Shown one piece after another: positions 9,410 to 18,795 of a DNA stretch of 64,000 nt. How positions within the stretch are numbered: the first letter of the stretch is position 1; each line of letters starts with the position of its first letter. Source of the stretch: a virus; the IMG/VR virus record IMGVR_UViG_3300017742_000001, positions 28,487 to 92,486 of that record. One strand, written 5' to 3'. Below the pieces are notes generated by a model that made no database searches, was not told where the DNA came from, and worked only from the letters and a program-made list of their open reading frames with translations. Position numbers and translations under genes: made by a program.

Positions 9410-10895
9410 TGTTAGTGCAGTAATACTAGGCGGCGGCACAGCAGGCTGGCTAGCAGCACTATTTGTAAAACACTATTGGCCTAGTATTGATTTGACTGTT
9501 GTTGAAGATCCAACTAAGCCACCTATCATTGCAGGAGAGTCAGGAGGATTTGCACTTTCTCAAATGTATGATACAATAGGTATTCCGTTTAATGATTGGG
9601 CAAAAGCAGTAGGTGCAACTCCGAAACTAGGCGGCAAGTTTGTTGGCTGGAATGGAAAAGACTCTGTATTTTGGCACAGTCTTATTACACATCATTACTA
9701 TGATGCGTGGGGCAAACGTTTTCCTAGTTTAGAAGAACGTTATTACTTTTTACGTATGCTTGTAGGTATGGATGTAGAAATTGCTGACGTTGTTCCTACA
9801 GGACATTTATTAAAAAATAATAAAGTACCATTCGATGACTACGGATCAATTGTAGAAAAAATATTTCCTATGTGGCACTTTGATAGTCGTGCTAATGCTG
9901 CATATCTAAAAGAGAAAGGATTGCAACGTGGTATAACTCTTGTTGAAGGAACTTACATTGCAAGTGAAAAAGATAATCTAGGTAAAATTAAAAGTATTAA
10001 ATTATCAAATGATATTACATTACCTGCAACTTGGTTTTTTGATTGCAGTGGATTTGCTAGATTACTTCTTGAAAAAGAAATGAACGCTACGTCAGTAGAT
10101 CAGTCTGCATATTTTCCTGCTTGTGCAGTATTGCCTTGGTGGGACAAACCTTGCTATAATACAGCAACACTTGCAACTACAATGGATGCAGGTTGGACTT
10201 GGAAAATAGGATTAAAAGAAAGAACTGGACAGGGTTATTTGTATGATCCTAATCATCTTACAAAAGATCAAGCACTAGACGAAATTAGAAACAAGTTTGG
10301 TAAGCATATAGAACCAGTAGCAAATTTACAGTTTACGCCAAGCATAATGAAACAGAGCCAATTAAAAAATGTAATTGGAGTAGGTTTAAGTACAGGTTTT
10401 ATGGAACCGCTTGAAGCAAACGGAACAGGAATTATTGTTGATCAATTATTAACTTTATTACAAACTTGGAATCCAACGCAGTATAACAAGTTAAATGAAG
10501 ATCAATTTAACAGTAGTGTATACCATCAATATTTAGGAATACGTGACTTTTTATCCTTACATTACAGAGGTAAAGGTAACGGTTCTCAATTTTGGAAAGA
10601 ACAATCTAATCCAAATAATGTACCAGATACACTACAAGAGAGACTTTTAGAATTTGAAAGGTTTTTTGCAACAGGACATATGGACTATACAAAATATCTT
10701 AATGGATTTAGTTTTGAAAGTTGGATAACAGTGATACAGGGAATGAGTCTTTGTAATAGTAAAGCCATATCTGTTGGTGATAAGCACCAACTGATCGATA
10801 ATTACTATAAAGAGACGGTAGAGCCCTTTGATCACATTTATAGAAGGTGTATAAAAATAGAAAAATGGATAGAAAAAACTTCGAATATAAAGTAA
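9393..10895 (+). CDS. Flavin-dependent halogenase-family protein 3
   Basis: GGGTAGW, ATPKLGG, WTWKIG (variant of WxWxIP), FMEPLEANG. Confidence 0.85.
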   Translation: MTEKNSVSAVILGGGTAGWLAALFVKHYWPSIDLTVVEDPTKPPIIAGESGGFALSQMYDTIGIPFNDWAKAVGATPKLGGKFVGWNGKDSVFWHSLITHHYYDAWGKRFPSLEERYYFLRMLVGMDVEIADVVPTGHLLKNNKVPFDDYGSIVEKIFPMWHFDSRANAAYLKEKGLQRGITLVEGTYIASEKDNLGKIKSIKLSNDITLPATWFFDCSGFARLLLEKEMNATSVDQSAYFPACAVLPWWDKPCYNTATLATTMDAGWTWKIGLKERTGQGYLYDPNHLTKDQALDEIRNKFGKHIEPVANLQFTPSIMKQSQLKNVIGVGLSTGFMEPLEANGTGIIVDQLLTLLQTWNPTQYNKLNEDQFNSSVYHQYLGIRDFLSLHYRGKGNGSQFWKEQSNPNNVPDTLQERLLEFERFFATGHMDYTKYLNGFSFESWITVIQGMSLCNSKAISVGDKHQLIDNYYKETVEPFDHIYRRCIKIEKWIEKTSNIK

Positions 10896-11518
10896 AAGAA
10901 TATTCTATGTCTAATTTTCCTGATAGGAAAATTTTTGTTTACGATGACGTTTTGCCGTATTCAGTAAGGACAGGTATTTACGAAATGTGCAGCAAGTCGT
11001 TGTACAAATTAAATGGTACAGATAACGGTGTTTTAGAAAACTCACAACATATTTCAGTTGTATCGACCTGGCAAGTAGATGATTTCAAGGCTACTCAGTT
11101 GCTAGAAAATTTACCCCAAGAAGTTATAGAACGACATAATATGTATTACAAGTTTCATCATAACACTATGATTAACTTATGTACTCCACACGATAGATTT
11201 CATACGCATATTGACAACGACTCCAATGGATGGACAATGGTTTATTATGCAAACTTGCAATGGAACATTGAATGGGGCGGAGATACTTGCTTCTTAAACG
11301 AAGAAGGTACTGAATTTGAACACGTATGTTCATATAGACCCGGTCGTTTAGTTCTATTCCATCCGCAGATTCCGCATATGATTCGACCTCCAACACAACT
11401 TGCTTCTGAACACGGCCAATTCTTTAGATTTTCATTAGCAACAAAATTTGTTCCTGCGTTAGGTGAAGCAAGAGTGTTAGCAGATGGAATGAAGGACGCT
11501 AGTCTAGGCGGAGGATAA
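10865..11518 (+). CDS. 2OG-Fe(II) oxygenase, prolyl-4-hydroxylase-like
   Basis: HID...YYAN..W..EWGGDT.F...PGRLVLF...IPH...R.SLA.K. Start uncertain (10847, 10865 or 10907). Confidence 0.85.
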   Translation: MDRKNFEYKVKEYSMSNFPDRKIFVYDDVLPYSVRTGIYEMCSKSLYKLNGTDNGVLENSQHISVVSTWQVDDFKATQLLENLPQEVIERHNMYYKFHHNTMINLCTPHDRFHTHIDNDSNGWTMVYYANLQWNIEWGGDTCFLNEEGTEFEHVCSYRPGRLVLFHPQIPHMIRPPTQLASEHGQFFRFSLATKFVPALGEARVLADGMKDASLGGG

Positions 11519-11519
11519 T

Positions 11520-12677
11520 ATGAAAGTTGCAGTTATAGGTATCGGCACTGCCGGACTTCAAACACTAGCATACTTTATGAACACACTAGATGATGACATT
11601 GAAGTATACAGCATACACGATCCTGAACAAAAAATTCTAGGTATTGGAGAAAGTACAACAACATTTCTACCTCACATATTAGCACAGGCTTGTGATTTTA
11701 GAATGTTAGATGACGGTCCTGCCTTAGACGCTACAACTAAACACGGTGTAAAATATAAAAACTGGAGAGACAACGATTTCCACAATCAGTTTATACCTCC
11801 TTATCACGCTATACACTTTAACAACTTTAAATTAAGCGAACTAGTATTAGGACGATTGAGAAACAAAAAAGGTTTCTTTGAAATACACGGTGCAATTGAA
11901 TCTATTAAACAAACAGATACACACGTAAATTTACTTATTGATGGTACTGAACATAAGTTTGATTATATTATTGACTGTATGGGATATCCAGATGATTATT
12001 CTGATTATGAATTAAAAGATGATCTTCCTGTTAACCACGCTATAGTAAATGCTATAGACAAACCAGGTGATTGGAATTATACATATCATCAGGCAACTAG
12101 AAACGGTTGGATGTTTGGTATACCTTTAGCAACAAGACAAGGTTGGGGATATCTATTTAATGATAAAATTACCAGCGTCGAAGAAGCAAAAGAAGATATG
12201 CAAACACTGTTTGATGATCCTATCCAAGTAAGAGATTTTAGTTGGAAAAACTACTATAAGAAAAATACTATAGATGGCAGAATTATTAGCAATGGTAATA
12301 GAGCATTATTTTTTGAACCATTAGAAGCATTAAGTGGTTCGTATTATGAAGCAGTAGCAATTGAGGCTGCAAATGTAATTATGGGCGATAGTACAGCAGA
12401 CGTAGCAAATGCTTCGTTGCGTCATACTGCTGAAGTATATTGTGCATTTATTTACTTTGTATATCACGGCGGAAGTACATTTGATAGCGAGTTCTGGAAA
12501 ATAACAGTTGACAAAACAACAAAAGCATTGCATAATAGTGATGTGTTTCAGAATGTAAAAAGTATGATGCAAGTATTAAAAACAAACGGTGTTGATGACC
12601 CAAGAATTATTTTTAAACCATTAAGTATAGAACTTTGGTCATTAGTTGATAAAAAGATGGGATATAATTACTTCTAA
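11520..12677 (+). CDS. Short flavin-dependent halogenase-family protein 4
   Basis: GIGTAG, GIGEST, ATTKHGV, WMFGIP, FFEPLEA; 385 aa, about 100-140 aa shorter than its paralogs. Confidence 0.8.
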   Translation: MKVAVIGIGTAGLQTLAYFMNTLDDDIEVYSIHDPEQKILGIGESTTTFLPHILAQACDFRMLDDGPALDATTKHGVKYKNWRDNDFHNQFIPPYHAIHFNNFKLSELVLGRLRNKKGFFEIHGAIESIKQTDTHVNLLIDGTEHKFDYIIDCMGYPDDYSDYELKDDLPVNHAIVNAIDKPGDWNYTYHQATRNGWMFGIPLATRQGWGYLFNDKITSVEEAKEDMQTLFDDPIQVRDFSWKNYYKKNTIDGRIISNGNRALFFEPLEALSGSYYEAVAIEAANVIMGDSTADVANASLRHTAEVYCAFIYFVYHGGSTFDSEFWKITVDKTTKALHNSDVFQNVKSMMQVLKTNGVDDPRIIFKPLSIELWSLVDKKMGYNYF

Positions 12678-13273
12678 TGGAATATCAAATTGTAGATAAT
12701 GTAATACCAAAAGTATATCAAGACGATATTGAAGATTTACTTTTAGGTAATAATAGTTTTCCTTGGTACTATGTTGCTGACGTAACACTTACTGCTGACA
12801 AAATTAAAAGATACAACACTAGAGCAATTTGTCCTGCATTTAATCACGTGTTTTATGAAGATGTAAATGACAATAACGATGCTTGGTGGCCTTTTATTAA
12901 GCCGTTAGTTTATATGGCGTGTGATAAAATTAATGTTGATGTGGAGCACGTTTATCAAGCACGTTCTTTTTTACAATTACCTATTAGTAAAAATGTGCCA
13001 AGTAATCATCCACATATCGACTTGCAGTTTGATCATTTAGTATGCTTGTATTATGTAGTTGATAATGAAGCACCAACTACATTATATAAACAAACACGGC
13101 ACGATACACAATCTGCAAATATGGAAGATGTAGAATGGGAACCATTAGTTACTTGTCAACCTAAAAAAGGAAGAGCATTATTCTTTAACGGCAAATACTA
13201 TCATTCAAGTTCTAGTCCAAATCAATCATCTAGAGCAATTATTAATTTTGATGTAATAGGAAATACACAATGA
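12677..13273 (+). CDS. 2OG-Fe(II) oxygenase (HxD type)
   Basis: PHID...LYYV...PKKGRALFFNG.YYHSS...R.IINFD. Confidence 0.85.
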   Translation: MEYQIVDNVIPKVYQDDIEDLLLGNNSFPWYYVADVTLTADKIKRYNTRAICPAFNHVFYEDVNDNNDAWWPFIKPLVYMACDKINVDVEHVYQARSFLQLPISKNVPSNHPHIDLQFDHLVCLYYVVDNEAPTTLYKQTRHDTQSANMEDVEWEPLVTCQPKKGRALFFNGKYYHSSSSPNQSSRAIINFDVIGNTQ

Positions 13274-13851
13274 TAGAAAATTATTTTGGTATTCCTGTTA
13301 AGTTAGTTGATACTGATAACCAAGATGTTATCAATGAGGCTGTACAAGTTGCAGAAACACAAAGAAGTAATACAACTAATCCTTGGTCAAGCGATATACA
13401 AAGCACATTTAAGTTTGATGAATATATAAATGTATTAAAAGATCAATGTCCGCTTTTAAGCAAACACATTTATAAACATATACATCAGTATCTAGCAGAA
13501 CTAGCAGTTGATCCTCCATACACACTTGTAAACTTAGACGAATCGTGGTATAATTATAGCCAGCCGGGTATGTGGCAAGAGTTTCATATGCATCCAGAAA
13601 GCGATATAAGTGGAATATTTTATGTAACTGCTCCTAAAGATAGTGGCAACATAATGTTTAATCCGCCAGCAAGTGCATACAACTTTCATAAACTAACACA
13701 CAGAGCAAAAAATATGCAGCCTAATATTTGGTTTGAACCTATTGTAGGACGATTGTTGTTATGGCCTTCATATTTAGAACATATGGTTGTAAAAAACAAA
13801 AGCAATGAAGAAAGAATTAGCATTGCATTTAATGTAAAGTTGATAAACTAA
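13270..13851 (+). CDS. 2OG-Fe(II) oxygenase (TIGR02466-like, HxH type)
   Basis: WYN...HMH...SGIFY...LLLWPSYLEH...RISIAFN. Confidence 0.85.
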   Translation: MIENYFGIPVKLVDTDNQDVINEAVQVAETQRSNTTNPWSSDIQSTFKFDEYINVLKDQCPLLSKHIYKHIHQYLAELAVDPPYTLVNLDESWYNYSQPGMWQEFHMHPESDISGIFYVTAPKDSGNIMFNPPASAYNFHKLTHRAKNMQPNIWFEPIVGRLLLWPSYLEHMVVKNKSNEERISIAFNVKLIN

Positions 13852-14492
13852 TGACAGATCATATTGAAGTAGTACCTATTTTTCCAACACCTGTATACTT
13901 TGCTATTTGCGAAGATGAAATACAGCAATGCATTAACTATATGGAAAACGCTCCAATTGATGTTGAAAAGGATCAACAAACAATTAAAGAGTATGGTACA
14001 ATAAGTCAAGACAATTATATTCTAAATCGTGAAGAAATGACTCCGTTAAGAAACTGGATTATGAAGCAGGTTAACAACTATGCTGAAAATGTACTTGCTT
14101 GGAACTTTAATAAAATTGACTTAACTATGAGTTGGGTATCGATAAAAGAAAAAGGTCAGCGACACAAGTATCATATTCATCCTAACAGTTTAATTTCCGG
14201 AGTGTTTTACTGGGAAGAAAGCGAGATAGAACCTATCAGTTTTTTACGTCCTAGAAAATTTAACAACTTTGAAATAGATCGTAATGAAGATATTGATGCA
14301 CCGTATGCATTTGATACGCATTCATTCACTCCAAGAAAACATACACTTGTACTATTTCCTAGTGAGCTTCAACATAGTGTGGGAAAAATAAAGCAAGACC
14401 TTCCGAGAAAGAGTCTTGCTTTTAATACTTTTATCTTTGAAAAGATTGGAAGACCTGACAGCCTTACTGAATTAGATCTTAGTAAAAACTAG
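13851..14492 (+). CDS. 2OG-Fe(II) oxygenase (TIGR02466-like, HxH type)
   Basis: HIHPNSLISGVFY...LVLFPSELQH...RKSLAFN. Confidence 0.85.
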   Translation: MTDHIEVVPIFPTPVYFAICEDEIQQCINYMENAPIDVEKDQQTIKEYGTISQDNYILNREEMTPLRNWIMKQVNNYAENVLAWNFNKIDLTMSWVSIKEKGQRHKYHIHPNSLISGVFYWEESEIEPISFLRPRKFNNFEIDRNEDIDAPYAFDTHSFTPRKHTLVLFPSELQHSVGKIKQDLPRKSLAFNTFIFEKIGRPDSLTELDLSKN

Positions 14493-14668
14493 TAGTTATT
14501 AGCACTATCTAATTCGTCTTCAGTAAGAATATCGCCGACCATTACTGGAGCGCCGCCATCCTTGACTAATGCTATCTGTCTATCTTCAGTGTTGTACAAA
14601 AACATTGCATAATCATATGCTTTATAATATTTGTCGAAAGTTTTTCCTTCAACTGTAAATGTTGCCAT
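14489..14668 (-). CDS. Small hypothetical protein (59 aa, not in ORF track)
   Basis: MATFTVEGKTFDKYY...DSANNY*; AGGAG RBS upstream; continues the minus-strand operon. Confidence 0.7.
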   Translation of the reverse strand: MATFTVEGKTFDKYYKAYDYAMFLYNTEDRQIALVKDGGAPVMVGDILTEDELDSANNY

Positions 14669-14702
14669 AGTAACAAGTCTCCTTAATACGTCTGTTATAT
14701 GT

Positions 14703-15317
14703 TTATTTATTCAATTTAGCCCAATTAAAGTGGTTTTCTTTTCCTAGCGTGTTGGGCATAATATTTACCGCTACTGTATAACGTTCAGAAACAGCGTTAA
14801 AATTAGCAGCACTACGGTGGTTTATGTAGGATGGAAATAGAACTACATTATCTTGCTCTGGTCTAATTGCTATTTCAGGGCAATTGTAGTTTGTAAACTT
14901 GTCTACTTCGGTTTGTAAACTAAGTTGCAGTGGATTCTTAGTAGTTTGGAATAGTGTAGGGCCTGTTCCTTCGTCTGCTTTAAGATAGTAGACTGCTGAA
15001 ATAAGTGAATTAGAATGCCAGTGCCAGTCAATACTTCCGCCATCGGGCATCTTGTTAAGCCACGCTTGTGTGATATACATACCGTCGTGCTTATATCCTA
15101 GTTCTGTCCAATAGTGTTCAGCCTTTCTTACAATCCAATTTAGTAGTGGTTGCCATTCGGCAACTTCTTGTAGATTAGTTTGACTTTGATCAAAATCGCC
15201 TAAGCCGTTGTTGTCAGTTTTCCACTCTATACTGTTCATTAAACTATCGATATCAAGTTTAATGTCAGTGTTAGTTGCTAAGCCAATGCCTTCTGGAAAT
15301 ATTGACCTAATTTTCAT
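14703..15317 (-). CDS. 2OG-Fe(II) oxygenase (TIGR02466-like, HxH type)
   Basis: WLN...HWHSNSLISAVYY...VLFPSYINH...R.T.A.N. Confidence 0.85.
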   Translation of the reverse strand: MKIRSIFPEGIGLATNTDIKLDIDSLMNSIEWKTDNNGLGDFDQSQTNLQEVAEWQPLLNWIVRKAEHYWTELGYKHDGMYITQAWLNKMPDGGSIDWHWHSNSLISAVYYLKADEGTGPTLFQTTKNPLQLSLQTEVDKFTNYNCPEIAIRPEQDNVVLFPSYINHRSAANFNAVSERYTVAVNIMPNTLGKENHFNWAKLNK

Positions 15318-15571
15318 TAGTCAGCAACGGCGATATCAGTAATTGCATCCCAACCAACAATATAACGTTGATGAGTTTCAAGATCAATAACTTCAGCAAG
15401 TCTCTTTTCTTTATCTCTCTGTAAGATCTGACCTTTACCTGAAATCAATGCTTTTGGAATCACTTCATCTGATTGTGATAACAATGGCATTGTATTAGGA
15501 TCAATCTCTGCTTCATACATACAGAAGTAATTTACTCCGGGTTCCAATGTTTCTACTGTAATAATACTCAT
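15317..15571 (-). CDS. Hypothetical protein
   Basis: Translationally coupled within the minus operon. Confidence 0.6.
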   Translation of the reverse strand: MSIITVETLEPGVNYFCMYEAEIDPNTMPLLSQSDEVIPKALISGKGQILQRDKEKRLAEVIDLETHQRYIVGWDAITDIAVAD

Positions 15572-16300
15572 TTACTTTTTCTCCTTTTTAACTATTCGTT
15601 GGTGCTCTTTGTAGCCATTTTTAAATTTGCCGGCCCACCACAAATAACTTTGGTTAGTTATATTATATAGCCGGTCTTTGTACTCAGACACTTTATGTTT
15701 GATTACATTTCTTTGCACAGGAATAAACATACAAAGAGGTGTTCCCCTTTCAATAATATATTCTCCATAGTCAAAGAATGCCATCTGCTGAGAACATTCG
15801 TGATGTATGTCAGACCAAAACGAGCCTGGTAATACTTCGAATCTTTTATCGTAATGAAACAACATTGGTAGTTGTAACACTGACCATCCTTTAGGAGTTT
15901 TTAGTCTCCACGGACTTATTGCTTTCAATACCATACTATACTTGTCAGGATCAGGCAAATGATTTGCAAATTGTAAATCGCCGTGATTAGTAAATTCAAA
16001 TCTTTCATCTGCTGATTCTACACTGTATGTTCTATCTTTATTAATAGTAATTTTAAAATCTGTCCACATTCTTAATACATATGCTTGCTTCCAAAATTCA
16101 GCATATGCAGGACATTGTTTTGCAGTTTCTACTCTACCATTTGCCCCAAAATTAGTATATACATCTCTTGCAGTCGTTGGCATTTCTTTAAACCAATCCG
16201 GTATACATTGTGTAGCAGGAACCGGCGGAGCAGTATGTTCTAGTCCTTTCTCTATAGACCAGAATTCAATAGTTGGTTGAGTTTTTTGAAACCACTTCAT
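15572..16300 (-). CDS. Hypothetical beta-rich protein with TAKxCPA motif (possibly dUTPase-like/DUF6065-like fold), paralog A
   Basis: IPDWFK...TAKQCPA...SPWRLKTPKGWS...I.RGTPL. Confidence 0.5.
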   Translation of the reverse strand: MKWFQKTQPTIEFWSIEKGLEHTAPPVPATQCIPDWFKEMPTTARDVYTNFGANGRVETAKQCPAYAEFWKQAYVLRMWTDFKITINKDRTYSVESADERFEFTNHGDLQFANHLPDPDKYSMVLKAISPWRLKTPKGWSVLQLPMLFHYDKRFEVLPGSFWSDIHHECSQQMAFFDYGEYIIERGTPLCMFIPVQRNVIKHKVSEYKDRLYNITNQSYLWWAGKFKNGYKEHQRIVKKEKK

Positions 16301-17025
16301 TTATTTTCTTGCTTTTTAATGATAGTTTGATGTTCTTTATATCCGCCTGCAAATTTACCAGAAAACCAATAATATTGTTTTTCTTCTAGACGTTTTAATT
16401 CATCGTCCATTTCTCTAACTTCAAGAGTTATTTTTTCTCTTTTTATTGGAACGTACATTGCTAAAGGCGTGCCTCGTGGAATCATATATTCACCATATTC
16501 CTTAAATGCCATTTGCGGGTTTACTTCGTAATGTATATCAGCACTCATTACACCAGGAAGTACTTCAAATCTTTTATCAAAATGATAGTGTAAAGGCAAT
16601 TGCATTAAATCATAACCTTTAGGTGTTACCATTCTCCAAGGACTGTTTGCTTTTAATACCATTGCATATTCACGAGTGTCTAAATGATCTAAAAACTGAT
16701 TATCTAAATGATTTGTAAAACTAAAAAGTTTTTCAGGAGTTTTAACTTCCCAAGTAGTATCTTCATTTATTTTAATCCACAGATCGCACCATAGATATAA
16801 AACAACGCCTGACTTATAATAATCTACAAACGCAGGACACTTTTTTGCTGTACCTGGGTGTCCGCTCCATTGTTCCATAATTTCTTTAGGCATTTTTTTA
16901 AACCAATCAGGTATTGCTGCTGTTGCAAGTTTTGGAGGGTAGATTGTTTCTAGCCCTCGTACAGTTGTATAGCAGGTTACTAATGGTTGTTTCTTTTTAA
17001 ATTTGTTTTTAAGCCAGTTAATCAT
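16297..17025 (-). CDS. Hypothetical beta-rich protein with TAKxCPA motif, paralog B
   Basis: IPDWFK...TAKKCPA...SPWRMVTPKGY...IPRGTPL; same length (242 aa) as paralog A. Confidence 0.5.
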   Translation of the reverse strand: MINWLKNKFKKKQPLVTCYTTVRGLETIYPPKLATAAIPDWFKKMPKEIMEQWSGHPGTAKKCPAFVDYYKSGVVLYLWCDLWIKINEDTTWEVKTPEKLFSFTNHLDNQFLDHLDTREYAMVLKANSPWRMVTPKGYDLMQLPLHYHFDKRFEVLPGVMSADIHYEVNPQMAFKEYGEYMIPRGTPLAMYVPIKREKITLEVREMDDELKRLEEKQYYWFSGKFAGGYKEHQTIIKKQENK

Positions 17026-17614
17026 ATTGTTCCGTTGTAAAATTAAAAGTTAGCACACATCTTGAATAACCACTAGTAGGCTTTTTACTTGAATGATAAT
17101 GTTTACCATTAAAAATAAACATCTTTCCTTTTTTAGGTGTTGATGTAGTTAAAACTGTATAGTTGTCACTTGGTTGTGTTTCGTTATAAACACTAGTGTC
17201 GCCATCGCTATCATTTACATAATACAATCCAGTCCAGTGAGGACAGAAAAAATCTAAATGAGGCTCATCGCCGCCATCTACAGGCTCAGCATTATCGACC
17301 ATACTATCACTAGCATTGCTTGGTACAAGCAAACCACAACGCAGTCTCAGCAACTTTCCTAAATCCTTGCCCAATACATCTCCCATCATATACCAAATAG
17401 GTAGTAACAACTGTAAATGATTACTTGCAGTTGATCCTTTTGGTAAATCAGGACCGTCATTTAGTGCAAGATGTGTGAATCCTAAACTGTATGTATTAGT
17501 ATTATTATAGTGTTCGTGATTAGCAAACCACGGAAACTCCGTACTATACATTAGGCTTTCTACTTCATCTTGATAGGCCTTAGGAAGTGCGTTTTCGACT
17601 GTAATATGTTCCAT
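17018..17614 (-). CDS. 2OG-Fe(II) oxygenase (HxD type)
   Basis: PHLD...LYYVNDSDGDT...PKKGK..IFNG.HYHSS...R.VL.FN. Start placed at MEHITV (17614), 5 nt after TAAATA. Confidence 0.85.
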   Translation of the reverse strand: MEHITVENALPKAYQDEVESLMYSTEFPWFANHEHYNNTNTYSLGFTHLALNDGPDLPKGSTASNHLQLLLPIWYMMGDVLGKDLGKLLRLRCGLLVPSNASDSMVDNAEPVDGGDEPHLDFFCPHWTGLYYVNDSDGDTSVYNETQPSDNYTVLTTSTPKKGKMFIFNGKHYHSSKKPTSGYSRCVLTFNFTTEQYD

Positions 17615-17619
17615 AAAAC

Positions 17620-17672
17620 TATTTATGGTGCTTTTTCGCATAGACACGTTATCTTGGCAGTCGGATAAATAC
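17620..17672. promoter_or_regulatory. Back-to-back late promoters (TAAATA on - at 17620-17625; on + at 17667-17672)
   Basis: Motif on both strands between divergent genes. Confidence 0.65.
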
Positions 17673-17700
17673 TATACAACAAGACGGATCAGAGAGAAAT

Positions 17701-18795
17701 ATGGCAAGATTACCAATTATTAATAACCTTAGAGTAGTGCCAAGAGATACCGATTTTCTTGATAGAAAGTTGGGTTTACGCGGTGAAATTTTCTATGATA
17801 ACGACAAAAAGACTTTACGCCTGTATGATGCACAAACAGTAGGCGGAATGGAACTTGTAAAAGAAGATTTATCAAACGTAACTAATGCTATATTTGCTGC
17901 AAAAGCATTAACAGCAGGTGTAGGTGGCGGCGGAAGCGGCAGTATCGAAGTAAGTGATAGTGCGCCCACTGAGCCAGAAGAAGGAACAATTTGGTTTGAT
18001 AGTTCAACAGCAAGATTATATGTATATGTTAATGACGGAAATAGCGCACAATGGATTCAACCAGCAGTACCAGCATCACAAAGTGGTGGCGGTGGCGTAT
18101 CTAGTTGGGGAGACTTACAAGATAAGCCTACAACATTAGGCGGGTATGGCATTACTGATGCTGTTCCTAAAACAGGTGCAACTATAACAGGTGCAATTGA
18201 TGCTCCTACAGTAGCCGCACACGGATTAAGATTTTTATATCCAACAATAAGCGACTTCCCAGATGCAACTACGTATCACGGAGCAGTTGCACACAGTCAC
18301 GCAGATGGCGCATTATATTTTGCACACGCTGGCGGATGGGTCGAACTTGCAAACAAAACAATATTAACAACATACGCAACTACTACAGCACTTAACACTG
18401 CTACATCAAACGCTTCCAATTGGGACTCGGCATTTGGTTGGGGTGATCATTCTGTTGCTGGATACTTAACAACAGAATCTGATACACTTGATACAATTAC
18501 TGGTAGAGGCGCAACGACAACAAACACAATTACCGTCGGCGGATTGAATACATCTACGTTTAGTGACACTGGTATTGGAGCAACTGCAATTAATAGTTCG
18601 TCAGCAGTAACAATTACTACTGTAGACGGCGCAAGATTTGCAGGTGGTCCTGTAAGACTGCCATCGATGGACGATACTGCACGTAATGCTTTAACTGCTG
18701 TGAACGGTGATATAATTTATAATACAACTTCCAATAAGATAGAGGGTTATCAAAATGGTGGTTGGATTGAATTAGACACTGGCGCGGCAGCATAA
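17701..18795 (+). CDS. Virion structural / tail-fibre-like protein
   Basis: 'GEIFYD....TLRLYD...GG' N-terminus; 'P..P.EGTIWFDS' and 'KPTTLGGYGITDA' fibre motifs; 'G.IIYNTT..KIEGY.NGGW' C-terminus. Confidence 0.65.
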   Translation: MARLPIINNLRVVPRDTDFLDRKLGLRGEIFYDNDKKTLRLYDAQTVGGMELVKEDLSNVTNAIFAAKALTAGVGGGGSGSIEVSDSAPTEPEEGTIWFDSSTARLYVYVNDGNSAQWIQPAVPASQSGGGGVSSWGDLQDKPTTLGGYGITDAVPKTGATITGAIDAPTVAAHGLRFLYPTISDFPDATTYHGAVAHSHADGALYFAHAGGWVELANKTILTTYATTTALNTATSNASNWDSAFGWGDHSVAGYLTTESDTLDTITGRGATTTNTITVGGLNTSTFSDTGIGATAINSSSAVTITTVDGARFAGGPVRLPSMDDTARNALTAVNGDIIYNTTSNKIEGYQNGGWIELDTGAAA

